The translations under genes were made by a program, and so were the position numbers. A DNA stretch of 64,000 bases, taken from assembly GCA_963799675.1 (NCBI GenBank), contig CAWCXQ010000007.1:25130-89129 (forward strand), in the 5' to 3' direction. This DNA comes from an uncultured Chloroflexia bacterium. Its GTDB lineage: Bacteria > Chloroflexota > Limnocylindria > QHBO01. This document shows positions 43,415 through 53,168 of this stretch, piece by piece (within the stretch, counting starts at the first letter, position 1; every line of letters begins with the position of its first letter). Under the pieces are notes generated by a model. The model saw only the letters and a list, made by a program, of their open reading frames with translations, was not told the origin of the DNA and searched no databases.

Positions 43415-43693
43415 CTAGCGTCGTTCGTCGAGCAGCATCAGGGCGTCCCGCAGCAGATAGGTCGCCTGCGTCGTGTCATGCGCCCCGATCTGGCTGCGCA
43501 GGTCATACAGCAGATTTTTCAGCGTGTGACGGCTGATCTTCAGGTCCGCGGCGGCCGCCTCGTCACTTCCGTGCTTCCAACGTGCGAGCAGTGCTTCCAG
43601 CTGGTGCTCATTGACGGGCCGTATCGAGCGGTGCTGCGCGGGCCGAGCTCGGAGCACCTCCTCAGTTCCGGCCGGGCGGAGGGGACGTTGCAT
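43415..43693 (-). CDS. Stand-alone LuxR-type HTH protein
   Basis: EAAAADLKISRHTLKNLLYDLRSQIGAHDTTQA. Confidence 0.6.
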   Translation of the reverse strand: MQRPLRPAGTEEVLRARPAQHRSIRPVNEHQLEALLARWKHGSDEAAAADLKISRHTLKNLLYDLRSQIGAHDTTQATYLLRDALMLLDERR

Positions 43694-43755
43694 TCAACTA
43701 TTATTACGCGCCTGGGCGGCCCGTGCGGGGGAGGACCGCACGGCGGCTGCCGACG

Positions 43756-44525
43756 CTACAGGACCGGCGCCACCGTGTCGCCGACGCTGACGATGCCGGG
43801 CTCAACGACCTCGGCGTAGACGCCGAAGTCGAGATGGCGGCCGTCCCGCAGACCGCGGTAACGCTTGATGGCGTGAAGCGTCGGGAAATCGCGGGCCCCG
43901 GTATCCGGGTCCTGGGTCGTGATAGCGCAACGCGGATCGGGGCGAGTGACGCGAACGACGGCATCGCCGATCCGCACGTGGTGACCCTGCCAGCGATCCT
44001 CCTGGTGAGGATCCGCGCCGGCGACCTGCACGAGCATCCGGAAGCGGCGGGCGTCGAGCGTGCGGTCGAGGCCCCGACCGTCGAGAGAGCTCCTCGACGG
44101 ATGCCTCCGAGACGATAGAGACCGCTTCCCGGTCGGGCTCGCCGCTGTCGCGCTCGGCCCGGACGAGCTCCAGCGGCCTGCCCACGAACGCGGAGACCGC
44201 CTCGGCCCAGGGACCGATCACCGGCCGAACCGGGAACGCGCGCCCGTGGGCCTCGACCCTGGTCGGCTGGCCGAGGGCAACTTCGCCGCGCACGACGCTG
44301 CCGTCGGGAAAGGTGAGCGTGAGCCGTTCCGGGTCGGCCCGGAGCTCCGCCCGAATCTGGACCAGCCTTCCATCCGCGATCCCGTCGAAGGGCCGGCCGT
44401 CGGGCGTCAGCAGTGGAGTATCTCCGGTCGTCGACGACCCCGATCTGCTCGAGCCGCACGCTGCTCGGGTGCAGCAGCGCCATCCCGCGAACCGGCGTGA
44501 CGGAGAGGCGTGAGACGCTGAGCAT
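43756..44525 (-). CDS. MOSC domain protein, indels
   Basis: LSVSRLSVTPVRG, DDRRY, RFRMLV, EDRWQG, RCAITT, FGVYAEVVEPG.V.VGD. Confidence 0.82.
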
Positions 44526-44582
44526 TGAGTGACACTAGCAGGCGAGGTCTCGCCACGGCGGTGTCGTAACGTGGAGGGCGCA

Positions 44583-45517
44583 ATGATCCACGTCGAGGAC
44601 CTCGTCAAGCGCTATCGCAAGGCGCCGCGCAACGCCGTGGACGGCATCTCGTTCGAGGTGGAGCGCCGGCGAGTTCTTCGCGCTGCTCGGGCCCGAACGG
44701 CGCGGGCAAGACGACCACGATCTCGATCCTGACGACGACGCTGGCGCCGACCAGCGGGCGGGCGACGATCGACGGGCACGACATCGTGACCGAGGCGAGC
44801 GCCGTGCGCCGCAAGGTCGGGATCATCTTCCAGCGGCCGAGCCTCGACCAGAACCTGACCGGCGAGGAGAACATCCGCTTCCACGCCGTGCTCTACGGGC
44901 TCTTCCCGTACGCGCCGGCGTGCGATCCTGATGGAGCCGCGGCTATCGGCGCCAGGTCGAGGAGCTGAGCGCGGCTGCTGGGCGTCGCGCGCGACATCTT
45001 CAAGCCGATCCGGACGTACTCCGGCGGGATGCGGCGCAAGCTCGAGATCATGCGGAGCCTCATGCATCGAGCCGAAGGTCCTCTTCCTCGACGAGCCGAC
45101 CGCCGGGCCTCGACGTGCCGACCCGACGGACGCTGTGGGCGTACCTCAGCGAAGTCCGACACGAGATCGGTACGACCGTGTTCCTGACGACCCACTACCT
45201 CGAGGAGGCCGAGCAGGCGGACCGGATCTGCATCATCGAGCGGGCCGGGTCGTCTCGAATCGGCACGCCGGACGAGATCAAGGCCGACCTCGTCGAGGAG
45301 TACGTCCTCGTCGACGCGGCCGATCGTGCCGGCCTGCGCGACCGAGCTGGCGCGGCTCGGCCTGCCGCACGCGGGCGACGGCCCCTTCAAGGTCGAGCTC
45401 GACGGGCGCGGCGTGCACGCCGATCCTCAAGGCGATCGAGACGCCGCTGACGATGGTCAAGACCCATACCCCGAGCCTCGAGGACGCCTACCTGGAGATC
45501 GTCGGGCAGGCCGATGA
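44583..45517 (+). CDS. ABC exporter ATP-binding subunit (DrrA-like), indels
   Basis: LLGPNGAGKTT, YSGGMRRKLEI, LFLDEPT, FLTTHYLEEAE. Confidence 0.87.
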
Positions 45518-46296
45518 GTGAGGTGTCCGCGGTCCTCGTCATCGCGCACCGGGATTTCATCAAGCTCCTGCGCGACCGCACCCGGCTGGTCACCGACTTC
45601 GCCTTCCCGCTCATCTTCATCGGCATCCTCGGGAGCAGCCTGCAGGCGGGCTTCGGCTCGCCGAACGGCCTGAACCTGCTCGACCTTCGTCTTCACCGGC
45701 GTGCTGGCGCAGACGATCTGGCAGTCGTCGGCGCTGGGCGTCATCTCGCTGGTCGCCGACCGCGAGCAGGACTTCAGCCAGGAGATCTTCGTGTCGCCGA
45801 TCTCCCGCTACTCGATCGTCGTTCGGCAAGATCCTCGGCGAGTCGCTCGTCGCGCTGCCCCAGGCGGTCGCGATCATCGCCTTCGGCCTGCTGCTCGGCG
45901 TGCCGCTCTCGCTCCCGGTCCTGCTGGCCATGGTCCCGATCATCCTCGTCGTCGCCGTCTTCGGCGGCGCCTTTGGCGTGCTCGTGCTCTCCAGGCTGCC
46001 GAATCAGCGGGCGGCGAACCAGATCTTCCCGTTCGTCATGCTTCCGCAGTTCTTCCTGGCGGGGATCTTCAACCCGATCCAGAAGCTTCCCTGGTTCCTG
46101 GACATCCTCTCGCAAGCTTTCGCCGATGCGCTACGCGGTCGACCTGCTCCGCGACGTCTACTACGCGATCGAGCCGGAGCCGGTCAACGTGCCGCTGCTC
46201 AGCGCGCCGGTGAACCTGGCGATCATCGGGGCCATGTTCGTGGCCTTCATCGTGGTCGGCACGACTCTCTTCGTACGCGCCGAGCGCAACCGCTGA
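45514..46296 (+). CDS. ABC-2 permease, indels
   Basis: ATGA overlap; DREQDFSQEIFVSP, PQFFLAGIF, PMRYAVD. Confidence 0.85.
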   Translation: MSEVSAVLVIAHRDFIKLLRDRTRLVTDFAFPLIFIGILGSSLQAGFGSPNGLNLLDLRLHRRAGADDLAVVGAGRHLAGRRPRAGLQPGDLRVADLPLLDRRSARSSASRSSRCPRRSRSSPSACCSACRSRSRSCWPWSRSSSSSPSSAAPLACSCSPGCRISGRRTRSSRSSCFRSSSWRGSSTRSRSFPGSWTSSRKLSPMRYAVDLLRDVYYAIEPEPVNVPLLSAPVNLAIIGAMFVAFIVVGTTLFVRAERNR

Positions 46297-46415
46297 CGCG
46301 CGAGGTCACCGGTCGAAGCGCTGGCCGCCGCCTGCCGTCGCGTCATTTCGCCATCCGCCTGCGCGTGCTGACCAGTCACGCTGCACGGTAACCGAGGCAC
46401 GGGAGCGGGCCTGAC

Positions 46416-47012
46416 GTGACGGGGCGGCTCACTGAGGGGTCGAGGCTGCCCCCGAGCCCTGAGCGTGACCGAGTCTGGAGCAGCCATGGCTTCACGAGCG
46501 AGGGAACTCGCTTCGCAGATACCCGTGCCTACGACTTCGAGCTCTCCGCCTGGACCGATGAGACTCCTCGAGGGCGATCTTCCCGTCAACCGATGCCTGC
46601 ACGCATGCTGGTGGACCACGGACGGCCGGTTCGTGCTGTACGGCGGCTCGACCACGGGGCTCACCGCCCTCGCAGACGAGTGGACGCTCAGCGCGGGCGC
46701 GTGGATGAAGGCTGGCGACGGGACGCCTCCGGCGAGGAACCTCTACGCCGCCACGAAGCTCGATCCTCGGGTCGCACTCGTCTTCGGCGGCCAGGGTCTG
46801 GATGGTGCCTATCTGGACGATACGCTGGCTCTTCGACGAGGCGCGGGCCACGCCGAGCGCACTCCCCGTGGCCGGACGCCGGACCGCCGGGTCGCAGTGG
46901 CGCCGAGACGATCTTCGACGCGACGCATCGCCGGGTATTGCTGTTCGGCGGCAAGAACGACTCAGGGACGCTCGGCGACCTCTGGGAGCTGCGGCTGCCG
47001 GAGCCGCATTAG
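46416..47012 (+). pseudogene. Kelch-repeat beta-propeller fragment with no clear N-terminus, indels
   Basis: RFVLYGG, VALVFGGQG..YLDDT, RVLLFGGKNDSGTLGDLWEL across frames. Confidence 0.55.
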
Positions 47013-47164
47013 CGGGGACCGACCATCCAGCGGTCCTCGCGGGGCGATCAACGGTCGATCGATGCGGTCGTTACGGCCCAATCTTGGTAGGATGGCCGGG
47101 TGGAGGCCGATACCGGCCTCCATCCGCGCACCCGTCCTCCCGAGTGGAAGGAGAGGCACCCGCG

Positions 47165-48755
47165 ATGAGCTTACTGGCGGACCGACCGTCGACCGACGCC
47201 CCGATGGGCCCCGGAGGGAAGCCCCTTCCCGCCGCTGCATCGGTCCGCTACAACCCGTCCCCCGCGGAGCTCCAGGAGCTCACCGCACGGATGCCGCAGG
47301 CGAAGCGAACGAGCTTCGGCAACTACAACGTCCAGACGCGCGCCACCAGCAGGTCCACCGGCTCGACCTACATCGTGACCGACCGACCCGAGGAGCACAC
47401 CGGCGCGACCATCTCCCGGGAAGAAGGGGCGCGGGTCGCGAAGCTGCAGGAGGACTACATCGCGGGTCGCGCGATGGTGGTCGTCGACGGCTACATCGGC
47501 AACGAGCCCGCGAACCGCTCGCGGGTGCGGCTCTACATCGAAGAGGCGAACGCCAACATCGCCGGCATGCAGCAGCAGCTCTACTTCCCGCCCGACCTGC
47601 CGGCCGACGAGTGGCAGCCCGAGCTGGTGATGATCTACACGCCCAACCTGCCGATGCCCGGCTACCCCGACGACCGGCTCATCGCGGTCGACCTCGAATC
47701 CGGGATCAGCCGGGTCATGAACTCCGACTACTTCGGGGAGTCGAAGAAGGGTGGCCTGCGCATGTGGAACGCCGGCGTCTACCGGGACGGTGGCCTGGCG
47801 ATGCACGCCGGCTGCAAGGTGATCCCGACCGATGCCGGCGAGAAGACGATGTTGATCATCGGCCTGTCGGGTACCGGGAAGACGACCACCACCTTCACCA
47901 GGCAGAACGGCAGCCAGCCGGTGCAGGACGATTTCATCGGCCTGTTCGCGGGTGGCAAGGTGGTCGGGACCGAGAACGGCTGCTTCGCAAAGACCTTTGG
48001 CCTCGATGCGCGCCACGAGCCGGCAATCCATGGCGCGGTGGTCAAGCCCGATGCCTATCTCGAGAACGTGTCGCAGAAGGAGGAGGGCGGCGCCGTCGAC
48101 TTCTTCGACACCTCCTACACCCAGAACGGGCGTGCGACCTTCCTGATGAGCTCGCTGGGCATCTGGCGCGACCCGCGGGAGATCGGCCCGGTCGACTACC
48201 TCCTGATCCTGAACCGCAACGACAACATCATCCCGGCCGTGGCTCGCCTGACCGATGCGCAGGCGGCCGCCTACTTCATGCTCGGCGAGACGATGGGCAC
48301 GTCGGCCGGCGGTGCAGCGGAGGAGGGGAAGGCCCTGCGGGTTCCCGGCACCAACCCGTTCTTCCCCCTGCGCGACGAGATGCAGGCCAACCGCTTCCTG
48401 GAGCTGATGGGCACCGCGTCGTTCTCCGTCTACCTGCTGAACACCGGAAGGGTCGGCGGGGTAGAGGGGACGAGCAGGCTCGAAGAAGGTCGAGATCGAG
48501 CACTCCGGGGCGATCGTCGAAGCCATCGCCGAGGGCACGATCGCCTGGGAGCGCGATCCGGACTTCGGCTACGAGGTTGCATCCTCGCTTCCCGGCATCT
48601 CCGACGCGGAGCTGCTGCAACCGCGGCGACTGTACGAGGCCGGCGGACGTGGCGACGAGTACCGCTCCTGGGTGCAGCGCTTCAAGCGCGAGCGGATCGA
48701 GTTCCTGCAGGGCTACCCGGGGCTGGCCCCCGAGATCCTGGCCGCGGTGGAGTAG
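47165..48755 (+). CDS. pckA: Phosphoenolpyruvate carboxykinase (ATP), indel near 48475
   Basis: SDYFGESKKG, MHAG, GLSGTGKTT, QDD, ENGCFAKT, NGRATF, GETMGTSA, YLLNTG. Confidence 0.88.
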
Positions 48756-48756
48756 C

Positions 48757-50983
48757 TCAGCTCCGCACGCCGCGCACGCGGTAGACGCTCATCGGACGGC
48801 TGAAGCCCTTCAGCTGCAACGCGTCCACGGCCTCGGCGTCGATCTCCGATTCCGTCGCAGCGTGCAGACGCTGGCTGACCAGGATCTCGTCCGCGACCGC
48901 GGCCTCGCTCAGCCGCGACGCGAGGATGACAACGTTGCCGACGGCGCCGTAGTCGTAGCGTCCCTCGAAGCCGATCCGCCCGAGCGTCGCATACCCGGTC
49001 GCAAGGCCGATGCCCAGGCCCAGCTCGTAGCCGCGCTTCCGCCAGCCGGCAGCCAGCGGGCTGAATCGTTCACGCATCGCGAGCGCCGCCCGGACGCCGG
49101 CCATCTGGTGGTCGGCGAGCTTCGCAGGATCGTTGAAGAAGACCATCAGCCCGTCGCCAGCGAAGTGCTCGACCGTGCCGCCGTTGGCCACGGCCAGCTC
49201 GCCGACCGCGGCGTGGTACTCGCGCAGCAGCCCGAGCACCTCCTCCGGCTCGGCGGTCTCGGCGAACGCCGTGAAGCCACGCAGGTCGCAGAAGAGGGCA
49301 GTGATCTCCCGCCGGTGCCCCGCCAGCAGCTGCTCGCCCTCGTCGCTGGAGAGCAGCTGGGCGGCCTGGGGCGCATACCGCGCGAGCTCGGTCCGCTGGC
49401 GATCGATGGTCTCGAACAGGCGGACGTTCTCGATCGCGAGCACGGCCTGGTCGGCAAAGGTCGTCAGGAGGTTGATCTCGGGCTCGCTGAAGCGCCTTAA
49501 CCTCCTGGCGCCAGACCGCGAGGACACCGATCGGCTCGCCATCGCGGAGGAGCGGGGTCGCAAGCAGCGTTCGAAAGCCAATGACCCGTTGCGCGTCATG
49601 AAGCTGGTATTCGGGATCGGCCAGCACGTCGAGGATCTGCACCGGGCCTCGCTCGAGCAGCGCCCGACCCATGGCGGAGCCACGCTCGGGCTGGAAGGCG
49701 ATTCCGGAGATGATCCGGCGGAACTCGTCGGGGACGTCGGAGCTGAAGGCGCGCGCACGAAAATATCCATCCGCCTCGCGCAGGATGTTGCCCTGGTCCG
49801 CATGGGTCAGCCGGACCGCGCTGTCGAGGACCGTCTGAAGGACGGCATCGAGCTCGAAGCTCGAACGGCTGATCGACTGCAGCACCTGCCCCACCGCCGT
49901 CTCGCGCTCCAGCGCCTCGTGCGTCTCGCCGAGCAGGCCGGCGAGCCGGACCGCGATCGACGCCTGGTCCGCGAAGGTCTGGACGACTCGGATCTCCGCC
50001 GCCGTGAACGGGCGTGGCTGATTGCGGGCGAGGGAGATGACGCCAATCGGCTCGCCGTCCCGCAGCATCGGCACCGACACGATGGTCCGCACGCCGGTGA
50101 CTCTCTGCATCTCGAGGAGCGTGTATTCCGGATCGTCCAGGACGTCGGGGATATGGACCACGCCACGATCGAGCAGCACGCGCCGCGTGGCGGAGCCGCG
50201 TTCCGGCACGTAGGCGAGCGACCGTTCCATGCGCTCGTACTCCTCGGCGTTCTGGTCGAACCCGGTGAACGCGACCACGCGGAAGACGTCACCGTCGCGG
50301 CGGGCGAGGTTGCCGGTCTCGGCATGACACAGCCGCACCGCATGCTCGGTAACGACCTGCAAGATCGCATCGAGGTCGAAGCTCGAGAGCGCGATCGCCT
50401 GCAGGACATCCTGCACCGCCGCCTCGCGCTCCGCGGCCTCATGCTCTTCGGCGAGCAGGCCTGCCAGCCGGACCGCGATCGCCGCATGATCGGCGAAGAC
50501 CGACACGAGGCCGATCTGCTCGTCGTCGAATGGGGCGACGACCGTTCGGGCAAGACCGATCACGCCGATGAGATCGCCGCCGTCACCGTGCACCGGCGCC
50601 CCTAGCGCGGTCCGATGACCCGCCAGCTTCTGTCCCTCGGCCCAGTCGTAGTCCGGGTCGTCGAGCACGTCCGGGATCTGGACCGCGCGGTCCTCGGCCG
50701 CGACGCGTCCGACCAACGACGAGCGCCCGGGCCTGATCGGATGCTGCTGTTCGAATTCCCACGAGGCCTGCGACGCCCCATGACTGGCGACCGCCCGGAA
50801 CTCGTCGCCGTCGCGCATCCAGAGATAGCCCCAGCCGGCGTCGCACAGCTCGGCGGCCCGCTCCACGATCCGCTCGAGGATCGGCTGCAGCGCGAAATCC
50901 CGGCGCCCGATTGCCCCGAGGACGTCGCCGATCGCTCCCAGGCTGTCCCGAGCCAGCTCGGACCGCGTTTCAAGCTCCGCCAT
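48757..50983 (-). CDS. Triple-GAF class III adenylate/guanylate cyclase, indel near 49498
   Basis: Three GAF repeats (QIPDVLDDP, FADQA); FCDLRGFT, FAGDG, GLATG, LASRL. Confidence 0.9.
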
Positions 50984-51010
50984 TGGCCCTCCGAAGCGGA
51001 TCGCGCGCCG

Positions 51011-51454
51011 TCAGCTCTCGAGGGTCGACGTCACCGAGAGGCTGACGTTTCCCCGAAGGGCACGCGAGACCGGGCAATTCTCCTTCGCATTCTGGGCGGC
51101 GCTGTCAAAGTCGCCCTCCGAGAGGCCCGGCACCACGCCCACCACGTCGAGCTGCGACGAGACGACGGTCCAGGCGTCGCCCATCTTGTCGAAGGCCACC
51201 GTCGCCGAAACATGAAGATGCTCCGGCGGCGTTCCTCCCTTCGCCAACGCACCCGCGAGCGCCATCGAGAAACAGGAAGCGTGCGCCGCGGCAAGCAGCT
51301 CCTCGGGTGAGGTCTGGCCCGCCGGCGCCTCGGTGCGCGCCGACCAGCTGACGGGGAGATCGGTGAACAGCTGGCTGGTGCCGGCGCTGACGGACCCGCT
51401 TCCGCCCGCCAGGTCGCCTGTCCAGGTCACAGTTGCGGTGCGCTCAGCAGCCAT
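51011..51454 (-). CDS. osmC: OsmC family peroxiredoxin
   Basis: TSPEELLAAAHASCFSMAL, AKENCPVSRAL. Confidence 0.92.
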   Translation of the reverse strand: MAAERTATVTWTGDLAGGSGSVSAGTSQLFTDLPVSWSARTEAPAGQTSPEELLAAAHASCFSMALAGALAKGGTPPEHLHVSATVAFDKMGDAWTVVSSQLDVVGVVPGLSEGDFDSAAQNAKENCPVSRALRGNVSLSVTSTLES

Positions 51455-51537
51455 GGGTATCGGTCCTCATTTCGGTATCGGTGCCGCTGAGCGTAGCGCA
51501 GGCGAACCACGTCATCGACTCGGGTACGATGCGGCCC

Positions 51538-52521
51538 GTGTTCGAGCTGCGCCGCGACCCCGTCACCGGTTGGTGGTCGGCGATCGTGACCGACCGCACC
51601 TTCGAGCACAGCTCCTTCGCCGTCGAGGCCGCTCCGGTGGAGGGAACCCACTGCCGTCACTGCGACGACGCGGCGCCTGACGAGAGCGACACCAGCGTGC
51701 GGCGGGTCGTGCTGCGGGCCGATGCCTTCCACCGGATCGACTCGAGCAAGGAGACGGCTGCCCAGCTCTCGATCAGCGAGGTGGAGTCTTCCAGCGGCTC
51801 CTGGGAGATCCTGGTCGGGCCGCGCGGCCATCACGAGCGGCTGGCGGACGCCTCGCCGCGCCTCGCGGACCAGCTGCTGCGCACCATGCGCGACACGATG
51901 CGCGAGCTCGCGGGCGCTCCACGGGAGCCGGACGACGAGCTCTACGTCCAGGCAGTCCAGAGCTACGGCCGCCAGGCAGGCTCGCGCAGCCAGCACCTCA
52001 ACATGGAGCTGTACGCCATCCCGCAGGTGCCGCACCGGATCGCGGAGGAGATCGGCGGCGGAGCCCGGCACACGATCAAGAACCGCGGCTGCGTCTGGTG
52101 CGGCCTCGCCGCCACGGAGGAGGAGTCGGGCGAACGCCTGGTCCTGTCCGACGAGCGCGCGGTCGTCTTTGCGCCGGCCGCGAGCCGGAGCCCCTTCGAG
52201 CTGATGATCGTGCCTCGCCAGCACGCCGCCGATTTCACGGAGCTCGACGACGAGGCGATCGGCGCCTGCCGAGCCACGCTGCAGCGAACGCTGCAGGCCC
52301 TCGACGTCCTCGGCGACCCGCCATACAACCTGTTTCTGCACACCGCGCCCGCCGGGCAGCGGCTCGACCAGACCTTCCACTGGCACTGGGAGCTGCACCC
52401 TCGCCTCCGGGTGATCGCCGGCCTGGAGCGCGCCACGGCGCTGGCAGTGAACCCGGCTGCGCCCGAATACGCCGCCGCGGTGCTGCGACAGCACCTGGCC
52501 GAGAGTGCCGGGGGGACGTAA
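51538..52521 (+). CDS. GalT (HIT superfamily) homolog with degenerate active site
   Basis: ELRRDPVTGWW, CRHC, CVWC, FAPAASRSPFE, PYNL, HWHWELHPRL; HLNME in place of HPHSQ. Confidence 0.8.
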   Translation: MFELRRDPVTGWWSAIVTDRTFEHSSFAVEAAPVEGTHCRHCDDAAPDESDTSVRRVVLRADAFHRIDSSKETAAQLSISEVESSSGSWEILVGPRGHHERLADASPRLADQLLRTMRDTMRELAGAPREPDDELYVQAVQSYGRQAGSRSQHLNMELYAIPQVPHRIAEEIGGGARHTIKNRGCVWCGLAATEEESGERLVLSDERAVVFAPAASRSPFELMIVPRQHAADFTELDDEAIGACRATLQRTLQALDVLGDPPYNLFLHTAPAGQRLDQTFHWHWELHPRLRVIAGLERATALAVNPAAPEYAAAVLRQHLAESAGGT

Positions 52522-52543
52522 CAGATGCGGCGCCCCAACCGTA
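52518..52543 (+). promoter_or_regulatory. ECF sigma-type promoter upstream of the ECF sigma gene
   Basis: GTAAC-N17-CGTA. Confidence 0.55.
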
Positions 52544-52592
52544 CTGCATGCACCCAGCAAGGGGATCCCACGTGGAGGACGAGGTGCAGTCG

Positions 52593-53168
52593 ATGGCGTT
52601 GCCGCAGCCGATGCCGGTCCGAGAGGCCGCGGTGAGCACCCGCGTCACTCGGCCCGAGCGTGACGCGGCCTTCGAGCGGCTCTTCGACGAGTTCTCGGCT
52701 CCGATCTTCAACTACGTGCTTCGGATGGTCGCCGACCGCGACCGCGCCGCCGACATCACCCAGGACACCTTCATCAAGGCCTATCGCAAGCTCGACTCCC
52801 TGGCCGATGAAGGCTCCCGGCGTTCGTGGCTGTACCGGATCGCGACGAACACCGCCATCGACGAGATGCGGCGCCGCCGGTTCGTCACGCCGATGGGAAA
52901 CGACGAGCGGCATGCCCAGCGCCCGGACGCCGGCCCCGGCCCCGAGGCGCAGGCGATGGCGGGAACGCTCGACGGACGCGTGCAGCGAGCCCTCCTCCAG
53001 CTCAAGGCCAATCACCGCCAGTGCCTGCTGCTGAGCGACGTCGAGGATATGAGCGCACAGCAGATCGGCGAGGTGATGGGGCTCAGCTACGGTGCCGTGC
53101 GCACGCTCCTGTGCCGCGCCCGCGGCGAGATGCGCCGGCACCTGGCGGCGGAAGGATTCACCCGATGA
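52593..53168 (+). CDS. ECF RNA polymerase sigma factor
   Basis: DITQDTFIKAY, SWLYRIATNTAID, region 4 IGEVMGLSYGAVRTLLCRAR. Confidence 0.92.
   Translation: MALPQPMPVREAAVSTRVTRPERDAAFERLFDEFSAPIFNYVLRMVADRDRAADITQDTFIKAYRKLDSLADEGSRRSWLYRIATNTAIDEMRRRRFVTPMGNDERHAQRPDAGPGPEAQAMAGTLDGRVQRALLQLKANHRQCLLLSDVEDMSAQQIGEVMGLSYGAVRTLLCRARGEMRRHLAAEGFTR

Noticed and set aside
43387-43720. Prophage or ICE integrated at tRNA-Gly
   Set aside because: No integrase, att repeat or phage genes were seen.
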